Shown: positions 18,436 to 27,946, numbered from the stretch's first letter. The stretch is 64,000 bases of DNA from Candidatus Bathyarchaeota archaeon (GCA_963702095.1 OY969706.1:384001-448000); one strand, 5' to 3'. Made by a program: numbers and translations. Notes: generated by a model from the letters alone, not told the origin.

Positions 18436-19203
18436 CTACCGAATTATAGCAGCCTTTCGATGCCTAACTGTGGTAGCAACAGCCAACAAACAAATAAGCA
18501 GAGGCACAATTGCTAACGCTGGAAACTCTGGAACAGTAGGTGTAGGAGAAGGCTGTGTAGATGTTTCACCCAAGGTTATTGTTTGGGTGTTGCTCCAACC
18601 GCTATCTGCGTAGGAGACAAAATCCGTTCCTGTTGGATAAAGAAAATCGTAGATAGTATATTGATAGCCATAACTTGCTTCAACTTGAAAGTCTTCTTGA
18701 CCGCCTGCTTGAATGTAAACGTCAGCATACCCCATAATGATGTCGTTTGGGGAGCCTATAACCAAAGTCACAACTGTGTAATCGGAAGTTGATGCAAAAA
18801 CTCGTGTGAAAGAATCACCATTTTCTGTAAGAGATGTCCAAGGATCTACTAGATATGTTGGCCAATAATCAGAAAAATGCCCCTTAGTTCTGACAGTATA
18901 GTATAGATTCGCCACAGTACCGTTTGGCAAAGTAGCAGATGTCAATGCGGGATTTCTTATCTTTATGTCCAATGTTTGATTTTTCACATACTGACCGCCA
19001 CTTGTTTGGGTTACTTGTTGTCCCGTGAAAGGGTCGGTTGTTTGTGTTGCAGTAATGGGAACAGTGTAGGAACGGTCAACAAATGAAACCGTAAACTCAG
19101 GAGCAGATGGTTTGGGTATTGATTGAGCACAGGTATTTCCTACCATAATCATGATTGATGTTACCAGAGCCATTATGAGCACTGAGGTTATGGTTTTATT
19201 CAT
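18436..19203 (-). CDS. Secreted surface protein with PEF-CTERM-like sorting signal (cargo of the element)
   Basis: Signal peptide; C-terminal PTPTVPEFP + TM helix + RHRK. Confidence 0.85.
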   Translation of the reverse strand: MNKTITSVLIMALVTSIMIMVGNTCAQSIPKPSAPEFTVSFVDRSYTVPITATQTTDPFTGQQVTQTSGGQYVKNQTLDIKIRNPALTSATLPNGTVANLYYTVRTKGHFSDYWPTYLVDPWTSLTENGDSFTRVFASTSDYTVVTLVIGSPNDIIMGYADVYIQAGGQEDFQVEASYGYQYTIYDFLYPTGTDFVSYADSGWSNTQTITLGETSTQPSPTPTVPEFPALAIVPLLICLLAVATTVRHRKAAIIR

Positions 19204-19538
19204 GTTGCGCCAGCCACAATAGAGCCTTGGCGTGGACTCTAAATTAAAGGGTTTTTGTCCAGAATACTTGACTAACTTCTTGTCAACGTTTCTCGACTAA
19301 AACGGCGAGAGCTCTAAAGAAACCACGGGAGCAATGAACTAAAGCATGAAAGTACAGCGGTTGGGACATAGACATCTTAGCGGTTGATTTAACTTAAGAA
19401 TTTTATGGCATAAGCAATCCTAGCGCAACAAAAGTTCTCTCTAAGCGTTATTTGTTAAATTAGGTCATACGTCTCAATACCTGTTTATGGTACTTTTTCG
19501 TCTTAGACCTTGCCAGCTCTGGGTACCCTAAGTTGTAT

Positions 19539-19917
19539 TTAAGATTCAAGAAGCTGAGAGGTTGGAGTAATATTACCTTCGAGTTTGGGGAGGTTTTCTA
19601 AGATTTAATCGCTTAGTGCTTTGGGGTTCTCTTTAAAGTAATGCATTAAGAAAATAGTCTTGCCTATTCTGCCTTCAATAAGGTCAATCTGTTCTGATAA
19701 TAGCCCAAGTTTTCTCATCTCAGTAGCATAGTATGACCTTAGCGGTTTAACTCTCATTGGCAGGTTGGCTTTGTTTAGCTTCTTATCTATTGCATTGTAG
19801 GAAACTTTGCTAGATTTCGCTATTTCATCAAGCAGGCATTTTGGTTATTCAAGAGATTAGCAGCTCTTACTATTATGCAAGAAGGGACTTTGACGAATCT
19901 ATAGGTTTAGCTTTATG
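19539..19917 (-). pseudogene. SSV1-like tyrosine integrase C-terminal fragment int(C)
   Basis: Own translation of 19844->19605: ...VKPLRSYYATEMRKLGLLSEQIDLIEGRIGKTIFLMHY... (KxxR, GR and catalytic Y motifs), flanked by in-frame stops. Confidence 0.8.
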
Positions 19918-19947
19918 CTCCGGTTCAAATCCGAAAGGCCGCAATCA
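19918..19947 (+). repeat. att site: degenerate copy of the tRNA-Pro 3' end
   Basis: CTCCGGTTCAAATCCGaaAGGCCgCA versus tRNA CTCCGGTTCAAATCCGggAGGCCcCA. Confidence 0.85.
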
Positions 19948-19968
19948 TCAGTCTATTGTTTTGTAGCT

Positions 19969-20475
19969 TCAATCAGAGCGACACAATAGTTTTCTTGTTA
20001 GTGAAGCAACTCTCTTATCGGTAACCGAGAGCCCTATTTTAGCTGCGACGATGTCTAAACAGTCTTTGACGATGGTTTGGGCAGCTTTTCCAATCTCTGG
20101 GGTAGCACTCATTTCGCCGGTGCAAATGCCTTTGCAGTTTTTAACTGCAAGCGGATTTAACCCCACAAAAATCTTTCCTGTTTTAGGATCATAATCCTTT
20201 ATGATGAATGGTTCCAAAATGCATATGGACGGTTTGACATCGTGAATTTTGCAGGTGTTTTCTTCACTAAAGAAAAAACAGCCGCCGCCATCTTTTCTGC
20301 GAATATTCCTGTTTCTAGGATTAGAGGGCTCTTCTAAAAAATCCACAAATCCCTTGGCTTCTATCTGTTGTTGTTCTCTCAAATTAATATCCGGTGGCTG
20401 GGTTTTACAGCAAACCCCACAACCCTTACAGCGAAAGCCCACAGACTCTAGAAATATGACGTTTTCAAAACGCAT
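19969..20475 (-). CDS. YkgJ family cysteine-cluster protein
   Basis: FRCKGCGVCC, CFFF and CKIHDVKPSICILEPF motifs. Confidence 0.9.
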   Translation of the reverse strand: MRFENVIFLESVGFRCKGCGVCCKTQPPDINLREQQQIEAKGFVDFLEEPSNPRNRNIRRKDGGGCFFFSEENTCKIHDVKPSICILEPFIIKDYDPKTGKIFVGLNPLAVKNCKGICTGEMSATPEIGKAAQTIVKDCLDIVAAKIGLSVTDKRVASLTRKLLCRSD

Positions 20476-20488
20476 GGTAACCCTCCCA

Positions 20489-20686
20489 TTATGTTATTAT
20501 TGATTGTACTCTGCCGACTTTGCCGTCTGTTAGGCGCACTTTGATCCCATGAGGATGCACTGCGCTGTTAGTTAAAATGCTTTTAACGATGCCTTCGGTT
20601 AATTTACCGCTCTGCTGATCCTGCTTCAAAACGATTCTTACGTGGATGCCTGCTTTGATATTGCTTCTTTGCTGATTCGGCTGCAA
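20489..20686 (-). CDS. YwbE/DUF2196 family protein
   Basis: VLKQDQQSGKLTEG...ILTNSAVHPHGIKVRL.DGKVGRV. Confidence 0.9.
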   Translation of the reverse strand: MQPNQQRSNIKAGIHVRIVLKQDQQSGKLTEGIVKSILTNSAVHPHGIKVRLTDGKVGRVQSIIT

Positions 20687-21206
20687 TAGTATTACCTGCT
20701 CTTTTAAGAAATTAAAAAATTGTTAGTTGCCAATTCGCCCTTGAAAAGGCTACTTTTCTTTTAGTTTGGGAAGACTCTTAGTTATCCATTCAGTTCTAGA
20801 CGAGTAGATTGCACGCAGTTTAGGTGTAGCAGGCGAATTCACGGTTTTAGGGGTTGCATGCATTTGCCTTTTGGATTTGCTGACTGCACTGTTTGGTTTT
20901 GGCCTCTTTTTTTCTTATAATTTTCTGGGTTCATATTCGATCTCCACTTCAAAGCCACGATGTAGCATATAGGCGTTTGCGTCAATTTTTATTTTTAATC
21001 GATTAAAACAGAAAGAAGTTGTTCCAAAGTTGAATTTGTTTTTAGACGCGGTTCAAACACTGCTGCAGATTGAGAGCAGCCTCAGTTTTTGATGGAAAAA
21101 ATCGGGCATGTTTAACCCTTAAACCCCCTGAGAATCCACTGCACAGTCGCGGCGACCGCAAATCTTAAAACCAAATCAAAACACACAACAAGTGAGGGAG
21201 TTAGGC

Positions 21207-21542
21207 GTGGTTTACTGTACTAGATGTGGCACTCAAAACCCCGATAACGCAAGGAACTGCTCAAACTGTGGAGCACCACTCTACACTTTAGGCGAACAGT
21301 ATCCGGGCAGCGACCGAGAGCACTATAAGCGTATGGAGGGGGAATGCTTCGGCTTACCCAACGGCGGCATGATTGTAGCCATTGTCTTCGGTGCCATAAT
21401 CATTATTGTGGGCTTAGGTTTGTTCTTGGAAGCCAGCGGAATCATCATCAGCTTCTGGGGTGCGCTCTGGCCTATCATAATCATAATCTTTGGAGTCCTA
21501 ATCGTTTTGGGCGCAATCTTTGGGCGACGCAGGCACCGTTAG
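21207..21542 (+). CDS. Zinc-ribbon membrane protein
   Basis: CTRCG...CSNCG followed by two TM helices (WPIIII); GTG start after GGGAG. Confidence 0.85.
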   Translation: MVYCTRCGTQNPDNARNCSNCGAPLYTLGEQYPGSDREHYKRMEGECFGLPNGGMIVAIVFGAIIIIVGLGLFLEASGIIISFWGALWPIIIIIFGVLIVLGAIFGRRRHR

Positions 21543-22231
21543 GTAGTGCATAACCTGCACTTCTGGCAAATTCGCTTGTTGTTCCACTCGGACAGCAAAA
21601 TCCTAAACCACAACAGAAAGACAATCAACCCAAGCATATAGGCATCAACCAGAAGACTCTGGGCAATCAAATCCGCTGCAGCCAAACCTAAAAATGAACC
21701 CACAACAAACAGAGCATTCATCGCCGATTTAATGTAGCCGCTCATCTTTATTTGACCCAACCCCACAAGCATCAAAACTTCCCCTGCTATCAGAACCCAG
21801 AGGCTACCAACCGCCAAACCACAATAACCCAAAGAAAACAATGCTGTCCCCGCCAAGGCAACAACTGCCCCAACCAACAAGCCGCTACAGGCAGCGCAAG
21901 AGACTTTGCTCCTGATTGTGATCCGATTCGCTGAGAAGTGTTCACAGTCTGGATGGTGTCCGCTAAACTGCATAGCGGAAGCAGATTTTTCAGTGTTGGG
22001 TGAAGCGTTGGGTTTCTGGAACATCAAACGGCATTTGCCCGGATAAAACACCGCTACTACGCCCAAGACGCAAACCCCACTGTAGACTGCACTTATAACG
22101 GGGCGGCGGAAGGGTGAGGGATCGGCTTGCAGGTTGGGTTGGAGCACAAAAAGCGGGACAAGCGCCAACGCTATCACTGAGACAGCCACAAAAAACAGCA
22201 AGAGAAATTTTGAGGGCATAGTTTTCGGCAA
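21539..22231 (-). CDS. Membrane protein with His/Cys motifs (DUF2085-like)
   Basis: About 6 TM helices; GHHPDC...CAACSG and terminal CxxCxxC; directly downstream of the radical SAM gene. Confidence 0.7.
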   Translation of the reverse strand: MPKTMPSKFLLLFFVAVSVIALALVPLFVLQPNLQADPSPFRRPVISAVYSGVCVLGVVAVFYPGKCRLMFQKPNASPNTEKSASAMQFSGHHPDCEHFSANRITIRSKVSCAACSGLLVGAVVALAGTALFSLGYCGLAVGSLWVLIAGEVLMLVGLGQIKMSGYIKSAMNALFVVGSFLGLAAADLIAQSLLVDAYMLGLIVFLLWFRILLSEWNNKRICQKCRLCTT

Positions 22232-22240
22232 AGCTTTCGC

Positions 22241-23665
22241 CTAGAACATCGATTTCACTTTGCCCAGCACACCCCACGAAACCATGTGCATGAACGTGCG
22301 CCGTTTCATCGCGTTGCTCGAGAATAATCCGCGGAACCGTCTGCTCCAAGACCCATAGAAGCTGCGGTAGCAACCATACAGTTCCTCTTGGACCTGATGG
22401 GTAGACAGTGTTTCGGTTGGCATGATGGCGTGGATCATGTCGTAGTGGCTCCAGTTGCGGTCCTCTATCCAGCCGTTGCGTTCTGCTTCGGCGTAGACTT
22501 CTGTGCCGGGAAAGGGCGTTAGGATGCCGAACATTATGAAGTCTGGGTCTAAGCTGTTGGCGAATTCTCGAAGCTGCAAGATGGATTGGCGGGTTTCTTT
22601 GCGGTTGCCAATGATGACCATGGCGTGGGCAAAGATGCCGTTGTCCTGAAGCAGCCGAACAGCAGTCTTTGCATCGTTAGGTGTTATGCCTTTTTTGAAG
22701 TAATCTAGTGTGGTGGGATTCGAATTCTCCACTCCCAGAAGCACCCAGCTTAACCCCGATTTAGCCAGCCTCGGAAGAATCTCTTTGTTGCGGATGATGT
22801 CGTCGCACCGCGCCTGAACAAACCATGTCGCGTCATCAGGCAACTGTTTAGCGATGATTTCCTCGGCGATTTCTTTGGGGCGTTGTCCAGTGCCAAAGTT
22901 GTCGTCGGTTAACCAAATCATCTCACTGCCGAACTCGCGGCTGCAAAACTCCATTTCGTCTGCGATGCGCTTGGCTGATTTGAGGCGCCAGCAACCTTGC
23001 CAGTGACGCCACTGAGTGCAGAAAGTGCATTGGTGATTGCATCCACGTGCGCCCTCGATAAGCGCATAGGGTGCCCTTTTGCCTGCCATGACTGAGAAGT
23101 GGTATTTTGGCATGTTGTCCTTGACGAGGTGGTAGCCGGGAAACGGCAAATCCTCAAGGTTCGCAATCAACGGTCTTGAAGGGTTATGTATCACCTCGTC
23201 GCCGTTTCTGTAGGAGATGCCCTCAACGTTTTGGAAGCCTCTGCCAAGTTGGCGTGCTCTTACCAGTTCAGTTAAGGTCTGTTCTCCTTCGTTTCGGATT
23301 ATAACGTCGATTTCGGGGTAATGTTGCAGGCTATCTTGGGCTGTTGCGGTGAAGTGCTGTCCCCCTGTAACGGTTAAGGCGCTTGGCGCCATCCGTTTTG
23401 CGGTTTGAAGTGTTTTGGCTACGGCGTAAGTGTTGCAGGTTGACAGTGAAGCGCAGGCTACCACGTCGGGGTTGAAGTTGGCTATGTGTTGTTCCATGGC
23501 TTTCCAATCGACTTTTTCAGCGTTGCAATCAAGCACCTGCAATTGGACGTCGCCCATTTGCTTTTCCAGATAAGCGGCAAGCTGGATGATGCCGTAGGGC
23601 GGCGGCAAGTATTCTCCCATAACAAACCAGACGTCTTTAGGCGGCTCAATGAACAGCACTTTCAT
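22241..23665 (-). CDS. Cobalamin-binding (class B) radical SAM enzyme
   Basis: B12-binding N-domain (PPYGI, GGQH), RGCNHQCTFC, DDNF, GVE and TPFPGT motifs. Confidence 0.93.
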   Translation of the reverse strand: MKVLFIEPPKDVWFVMGEYLPPPYGIIQLAAYLEKQMGDVQLQVLDCNAEKVDWKAMEQHIANFNPDVVACASLSTCNTYAVAKTLQTAKRMAPSALTVTGGQHFTATAQDSLQHYPEIDVIIRNEGEQTLTELVRARQLGRGFQNVEGISYRNGDEVIHNPSRPLIANLEDLPFPGYHLVKDNMPKYHFSVMAGKRAPYALIEGARGCNHQCTFCTQWRHWQGCWRLKSAKRIADEMEFCSREFGSEMIWLTDDNFGTGQRPKEIAEEIIAKQLPDDATWFVQARCDDIIRNKEILPRLAKSGLSWVLLGVENSNPTTLDYFKKGITPNDAKTAVRLLQDNGIFAHAMVIIGNRKETRQSILQLREFANSLDPDFIMFGILTPFPGTEVYAEAERNGWIEDRNWSHYDMIHAIMPTETLSTHQVQEELYGCYRSFYGSWSRRFRGLFSSNAMKRRTFMHMVSWGVLGKVKSMF

Positions 23666-23805
23666 TTTAGTTGTCTCCTAAGCCATGATTGGTTGGCTGT
23701 GCTTATTAGACTGCCGTTGCTATGAAGGCACCTTGAGCTTGTAGGCACAATTTGGAGCCACAAAGGTTTTTTCAACTGTGTCCGTTGCTGGAACAAGGTG
23801 ACTTT

Positions 23806-23967
23806 TTGTCAGAACCTTTTAAGCGTACAAACCGAGCCAATTTGGGGCCGAAAAGAACCGCTGACGGCAAATACCTCTGCTTAGCCGACAACAAAACGTT
23901 TGATTCCATAGCTGAGTGGGATAGGCACTGCTCAACTGCCCATCTGCAAGAGAAGGCATCAAGATAG
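23806..23967 (+). CDS. Small C2H2-like zinc-finger protein (CxxD...HxxxxH variant)
   Basis: GGTGA RBS, TTG at 23806; YLCLADNKTFDSIAEWDRHCSTAH. Confidence 0.65.
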   Translation: MSEPFKRTNRANLGPKRTADGKYLCLADNKTFDSIAEWDRHCSTAHLQEKASR

Positions 23968-23990
23968 ACGGTTACCCTGTTGGCTAAAAG

Positions 23991-24068
23991 AGGTCGAAGT
24001 GGGCTAAGAGTTGGTGGAGATGCAGTTAGGATGGCGAACCATCAATGCATTCCCTCTTAACCCAACCT
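23991..24068 (-). ncRNA. Structured non-coding RNA candidate (rod with UUCG tetraloop)
   Basis: On the minus strand: GGGUUAAGAG/CUCUUAGCCC, GGAAUGCA/UGCAU(C)UCC, GAUGG-UUCG-CCAUC, followed by CUUUU. Confidence 0.55.
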
Positions 24069-24181
24069 ATTGTTTGGATAATTATCCATTAAACCTTATG
24101 GTACCTAAATCAATATCCAAAATTCATCTAAAATCAGGGTGGTTTGAGTAAAAATAAAAAGAATAAAAAAAGATCCGAAAG

Positions 24182-24415
24182 CTACTGTACTGCTTCTACA
24201 CTCTGCACTTCGGGTACAGTTGCTTTGAGGTGTGCTTCGATGCCGTTTTTAAGGGTCATCTGCGACATGGGACAGCCGGCACAGTGGCCGACCAAGCGGA
24301 CCTTCACGATGCCGCCTTCCACGGCGACCAATTCTACGTCTCCGCCGTCCATTTGGATTTGTGGTCGGATTTCGTCGAGTGCTGCTTGTACTTTTTTCTG
24401 GATTGAGTCAACCAT
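24182..24415 (-). CDS. NifU/Nfu-type Fe-S cluster carrier
   Basis: IRPQIQMDGGDVEL...GHCAGCPMSQMTLKNGIE. Confidence 0.95.
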   Translation of the reverse strand: MVDSIQKKVQAALDEIRPQIQMDGGDVELVAVEGGIVKVRLVGHCAGCPMSQMTLKNGIEAHLKATVPEVQSVEAVQ

Positions 24416-24630
24416 ATAATTTCACACTTTACCCTTGCAAGGGAAAAATTGTACTTTAAAAGGTTCCTGTTCAAAAAAACGTGAATTATGGTCATTTTCA
24501 GGTTGTTTCTCAGCCATTTAGGAGTAAATTGCCAAATTAATTTCATCGCCGTAGACTTTGGTAAACATAGTTTTGGATGGTTAACTATTTAGCATTAAAC
24601 ATCTATTCCTTCCTTCAGTCGGCGGCAAAA

Positions 24631-26334
24631 GTGAAGACATCTGCTAAAGCCTTAACTTTAATGTTGATTGTAATTGTCAGTCTTCCGCTTGTCTGTTGCC
24701 AAAGCGTTGCCGCGCAGACCTCCCAGCCGACTCTAGCAGAAACCATCCACAACGTGCTCAGCACGGTGCATGATACAAATTCCTCTTGTAACGTCATATA
24801 CGACCAAATCTTCTGCCGCCAAAACACCACCGTCTTCGACAACGCCATCACCCAAGCCCTAAACAGAAGCGACTACAACGAGGTAATCTTTATCGCCCGC
24901 TTAGCCGAACTTAACGGCTACTCCTCACAGACAATCAATTCCTGCCTAAAAACGGCACTGCAAAACATCCCCCTGTGCGGCAGTCTACCCCTCACTTACA
25001 CTGCCACCCAGTACGCGCCAGACAGCTTCATACTCTATGACCGCTATATGATCAACGCATACCGTTATGCACAGGAGCTTAACGTTTCACGATGGAACAT
25101 CAATAGTGCCTATCAAGATTTCGTCAAAGCATATCTTCACCCGAATGGTAGCGGCGAAATGCTTTGGATTAATCCCCAGACTAATTTTGAGAAATCATGG
25201 TCTTCGCGTTACTATGACGAGCACGCCGAAACCTTGGGGATGTTTCTTCTTTTCGCAATGGCAGGTATTAGCGATTCCATGGCGTATGCTGATGACGCTT
25301 GGCTGAACGTTCAGGATCATTGGAACGGCAGCATCTATGGTTACACAAACAAGGATGCCGGCGTCGAATGTGAAGAGGGCAATTTTGCAATAGTTATTAC
25401 TGAGTACCAGAATAATCGTGGTCTATTGCCCTATTATGATCGGGTTATTGTAGATTTAGAAGATAAGCTTCTTACCAACGGATATAATTCTTCAAGTTGG
25501 ATCGGTGATGGCGTAATTAGGCATGCAGATGGAAACAATGAGAATCGACTTTATGAAACCATGGGTAACTTGATGGCGCTTCAAATGCTCTACCCAGACT
25601 TCACTGAGGGCAATCAAACTAACTTCCAAAATATGCTCCTGACTGGCTGGCAGGGTCTAGTAGGCAGCAACTTATTCAGCAACAACCAATTTCGATTCCT
25701 CAACACCACCGACAGCTACAATGGCGATGCCTCTCTGCTGGGCGCTATGACCCTGTTTCTCTACGGAATAATCCCGGGCACAGGTAGTTTAGCCATAACC
25801 GCCAGCAACGAACGCTATCAAGACTACCGCACCTGCTTCCAAACCTCTCAGTGGCAATTCAACTACACAGACCAATCAATCCGCCTGCCCATCAACAAGG
25901 GCAACCTCACATTTATTTTCGGTTCCCAAAACGTAACCGCCGATTTCCCCCAAGACGGCGTCTACGACATCCAATTCAGCAGTGACTGGAACAACATAAC
26001 CCAAACCACCAAAATAGAGGACATAACCCGCCCCAACTTGCAACCGGTAACATTGCAACCCATAACTAAGCCCACGCCGACTCCCGTTGTATCGCCGACG
26101 GTTACGCCCTCACCATCCCCCTCGACGACAACTACTCCTAGCCCTACTCCATCTCCCACACCTACCCAGCAGCCACCGACAAACCCGCCCACAACTAAGC
26201 CTACAGATGACAGCAATTCACCGCCCAATACCCCCCCGGTCCTCCTCTGCATAGTTATCGTGTTGGTGGCGTCTTCGGCTGTGATTCTCGCTTTTGGTAT
26301 CAGTCGCTTTGTCAAAGATAAATCAAAAGTTTAG
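24631..26334 (+). CDS. Cell-surface protein with Pro/Thr stalk and C-terminal TM anchor
   Basis: Signal peptide, many NxS/T sequons, PT-rich linker, TM helix followed by a basic tail. Confidence 0.85.
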   Translation: MKTSAKALTLMLIVIVSLPLVCCQSVAAQTSQPTLAETIHNVLSTVHDTNSSCNVIYDQIFCRQNTTVFDNAITQALNRSDYNEVIFIARLAELNGYSSQTINSCLKTALQNIPLCGSLPLTYTATQYAPDSFILYDRYMINAYRYAQELNVSRWNINSAYQDFVKAYLHPNGSGEMLWINPQTNFEKSWSSRYYDEHAETLGMFLLFAMAGISDSMAYADDAWLNVQDHWNGSIYGYTNKDAGVECEEGNFAIVITEYQNNRGLLPYYDRVIVDLEDKLLTNGYNSSSWIGDGVIRHADGNNENRLYETMGNLMALQMLYPDFTEGNQTNFQNMLLTGWQGLVGSNLFSNNQFRFLNTTDSYNGDASLLGAMTLFLYGIIPGTGSLAITASNERYQDYRTCFQTSQWQFNYTDQSIRLPINKGNLTFIFGSQNVTADFPQDGVYDIQFSSDWNNITQTTKIEDITRPNLQPVTLQPITKPTPTPVVSPTVTPSPSPSTTTTPSPTPSPTPTQQPPTNPPTTKPTDDSNSPPNTPPVLLCIVIVLVASSAVILAFGISRFVKDKSKV

Positions 26335-26335
26335 T

Positions 26336-26731
26336 TTAGGTTTCGATGTTGTGGTCCTTTAACTTGCTATCTATTATGCTAAGCAGGCACTCTGGGTTGA
26401 CGGGTTTGCTCACCAATGCGTCTGCGCCTTCGGCGAGTTCTTTTTTGAGGGTCTTTCCGGTTAACATGATTTTGATTGTACTCGGCGACGTTTTCTGTAT
26501 GAGGGGGAAAAGTTGGGTTCCCTCCATATCGGGGAGGCAGAAATCTATGAGTGCCACGTCAAAGTGGCTGCGGCTTAATTGTTCTATGGCTTCTGCGCCT
26601 CTTGCTGCCACGGTGACTTGGTAGCCCCTTCGCTGGAAAATCCTTTGGAATGCATGAAGAATACTTGTGTCGTCGTCTATGATTAGAATGGACGGCTTGT
26701 TTGGTACAAGCAACGGCTTAAAAGTCTCCAC
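26336..26731 (-). CDS. Stand-alone response regulator receiver (CheY-like)
   Basis: IIDDD, phospho-acceptor LID..LP, MLTG and SKP motifs. Confidence 0.92.
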   Translation of the reverse strand: METFKPLLVPNKPSILIIDDDTSILHAFQRIFQRRGYQVTVAARGAEAIEQLSRSHFDVALIDFCLPDMEGTQLFPLIQKTSPSTIKIMLTGKTLKKELAEGADALVSKPVNPECLLSIIDSKLKDHNIET

Positions 26732-26887
26732 TATACCTAAAGTAGCGGTAAGTTATAAAAATTGTGCAACTGCTTATTTTTCTTTGTGGCTTCGCCGATA
26801 TCCATCTCCGGCATATATATGCAAATCGATTTACTTTGGAATAATTTAAATGGACTAAGGTCATTTCAATACTGAAGGCTTACCCTA

Positions 26888-27946
26888 TTGCAGAGGCAAA
26901 AAGCAGAAACCCGCACTTCAATCATCAGCAAGTACTTGGGTTGGTTAGCAATACGGGTTGCAGCTATCGTCGTTATGTTTGTTGCGCTGGAGTCCGTTTA
27001 TCGATTCGGCATTTTTGACTTCGCAGGTGCTAGCGCTATCGATATTTATAACGCAATCCAAAAGGTCATATTCTCCGTAATTGTCTGGTTCTTCCTAGCG
27101 GCCTCCAAAAAAATCCTCATCCCTGCAATCGTGATCACTGTTTCACCTGCCCTCGGCAAGATAGTGCGCGACCACAGTTCACGACAAAAAACCAACAAAT
27201 CCATGATCCAATACCTAACATACTTTGTCTACTTCACCGCAATAGTCGCCCTTATCCTAATCTGGGCTTACTCCTTCATTGGCGATTGGATATCCAGCGT
27301 GCTCGGCACTGGCTTGGTAATCAGTTTAACCTTTATCTTGGGTTTGTTCACCTCCAGCGTTTTAGGAAATGTGCTTGCCTACGCTATTCTTGGAGGAACT
27401 AACGAGTTTAAAGTCGGCGACCGCGTGCAAGTCGGAGAAAGCTACGGTGACATCGACGAAATCGGTTTCTTCTTCACCCGCATAAAGACCATAAAAGATG
27501 AAATCATAAGCGTCCCCAACTTGATGATTATGAATAAAGAAATCCGCAACTTTAGTGCTCTAAAAGAAGTCCTCATTTATGTCTCTGTCACTTTGGGCTA
27601 TGATGTTGACAAAAACGACGCTCAAAGACTACTCATTGAAAGCGCCCAGAAAACCACAGGCATAATAACCGCTCCCGGCAGAACCCCCTTCGTTTTGCTC
27701 CGGGACCTTGGGAACTACTATATAACCTACGAAATCAACGCTTACACTAACCAGCCAAACCGGCTTATCTACATAAAAAGTGACCTCATAAACAACATAC
27801 TTGACGATTTCAAGCGGTCAGGCGTCGAAATAATGTCCCCGACACATATCGCCGTACGCGATTCAGAGCGCACCGTACCATCGCCCGTGCTTCAAATTGT
27901 AGGCGTCACCAAAACCAAACCCAACCCCTCCGCAGACGAACAGTAA
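26888..27946 (+). CDS. mscS: Small-conductance mechanosensitive channel
   Basis: TM helices, FKVGDRVQVG, T.I.T...VPN, LGYD and GVEIMSP motifs. Confidence 0.9.
   Translation: MQRQKAETRTSIISKYLGWLAIRVAAIVVMFVALESVYRFGIFDFAGASAIDIYNAIQKVIFSVIVWFFLAASKKILIPAIVITVSPALGKIVRDHSSRQKTNKSMIQYLTYFVYFTAIVALILIWAYSFIGDWISSVLGTGLVISLTFILGLFTSSVLGNVLAYAILGGTNEFKVGDRVQVGESYGDIDEIGFFFTRIKTIKDEIISVPNLMIMNKEIRNFSALKEVLIYVSVTLGYDVDKNDAQRLLIESAQKTTGIITAPGRTPFVLLRDLGNYYITYEINAYTNQPNRLIYIKSDLINNILDDFKRSGVEIMSPTHIAVRDSERTVPSPVLQIVGVTKTKPNPSADEQ

Larger units (their letters stand above)
18111..19947 (-). mobile_element. Degenerate SSV1-type integrative element inserted at tRNA-Pro
   Basis: Direct repeat of the tRNA 3' end (18111-18139 vs 19918-19947, first 16 nt identical); split integrase fragments at both ends; AT-rich interior. 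Confidence 0.8.

Noticed and set aside
20750-20934. Possible small basic ORF split at an A7 run
   Set aside because: No recognisable motif or RBS and it needs a frameshift.
24025-24048. Fluoride riboswitch resemblance (GAUGGUUCGCC)
   Set aside because: Lacks the GAUGAC/pseudoknot 3' part and no crcB-type gene follows.
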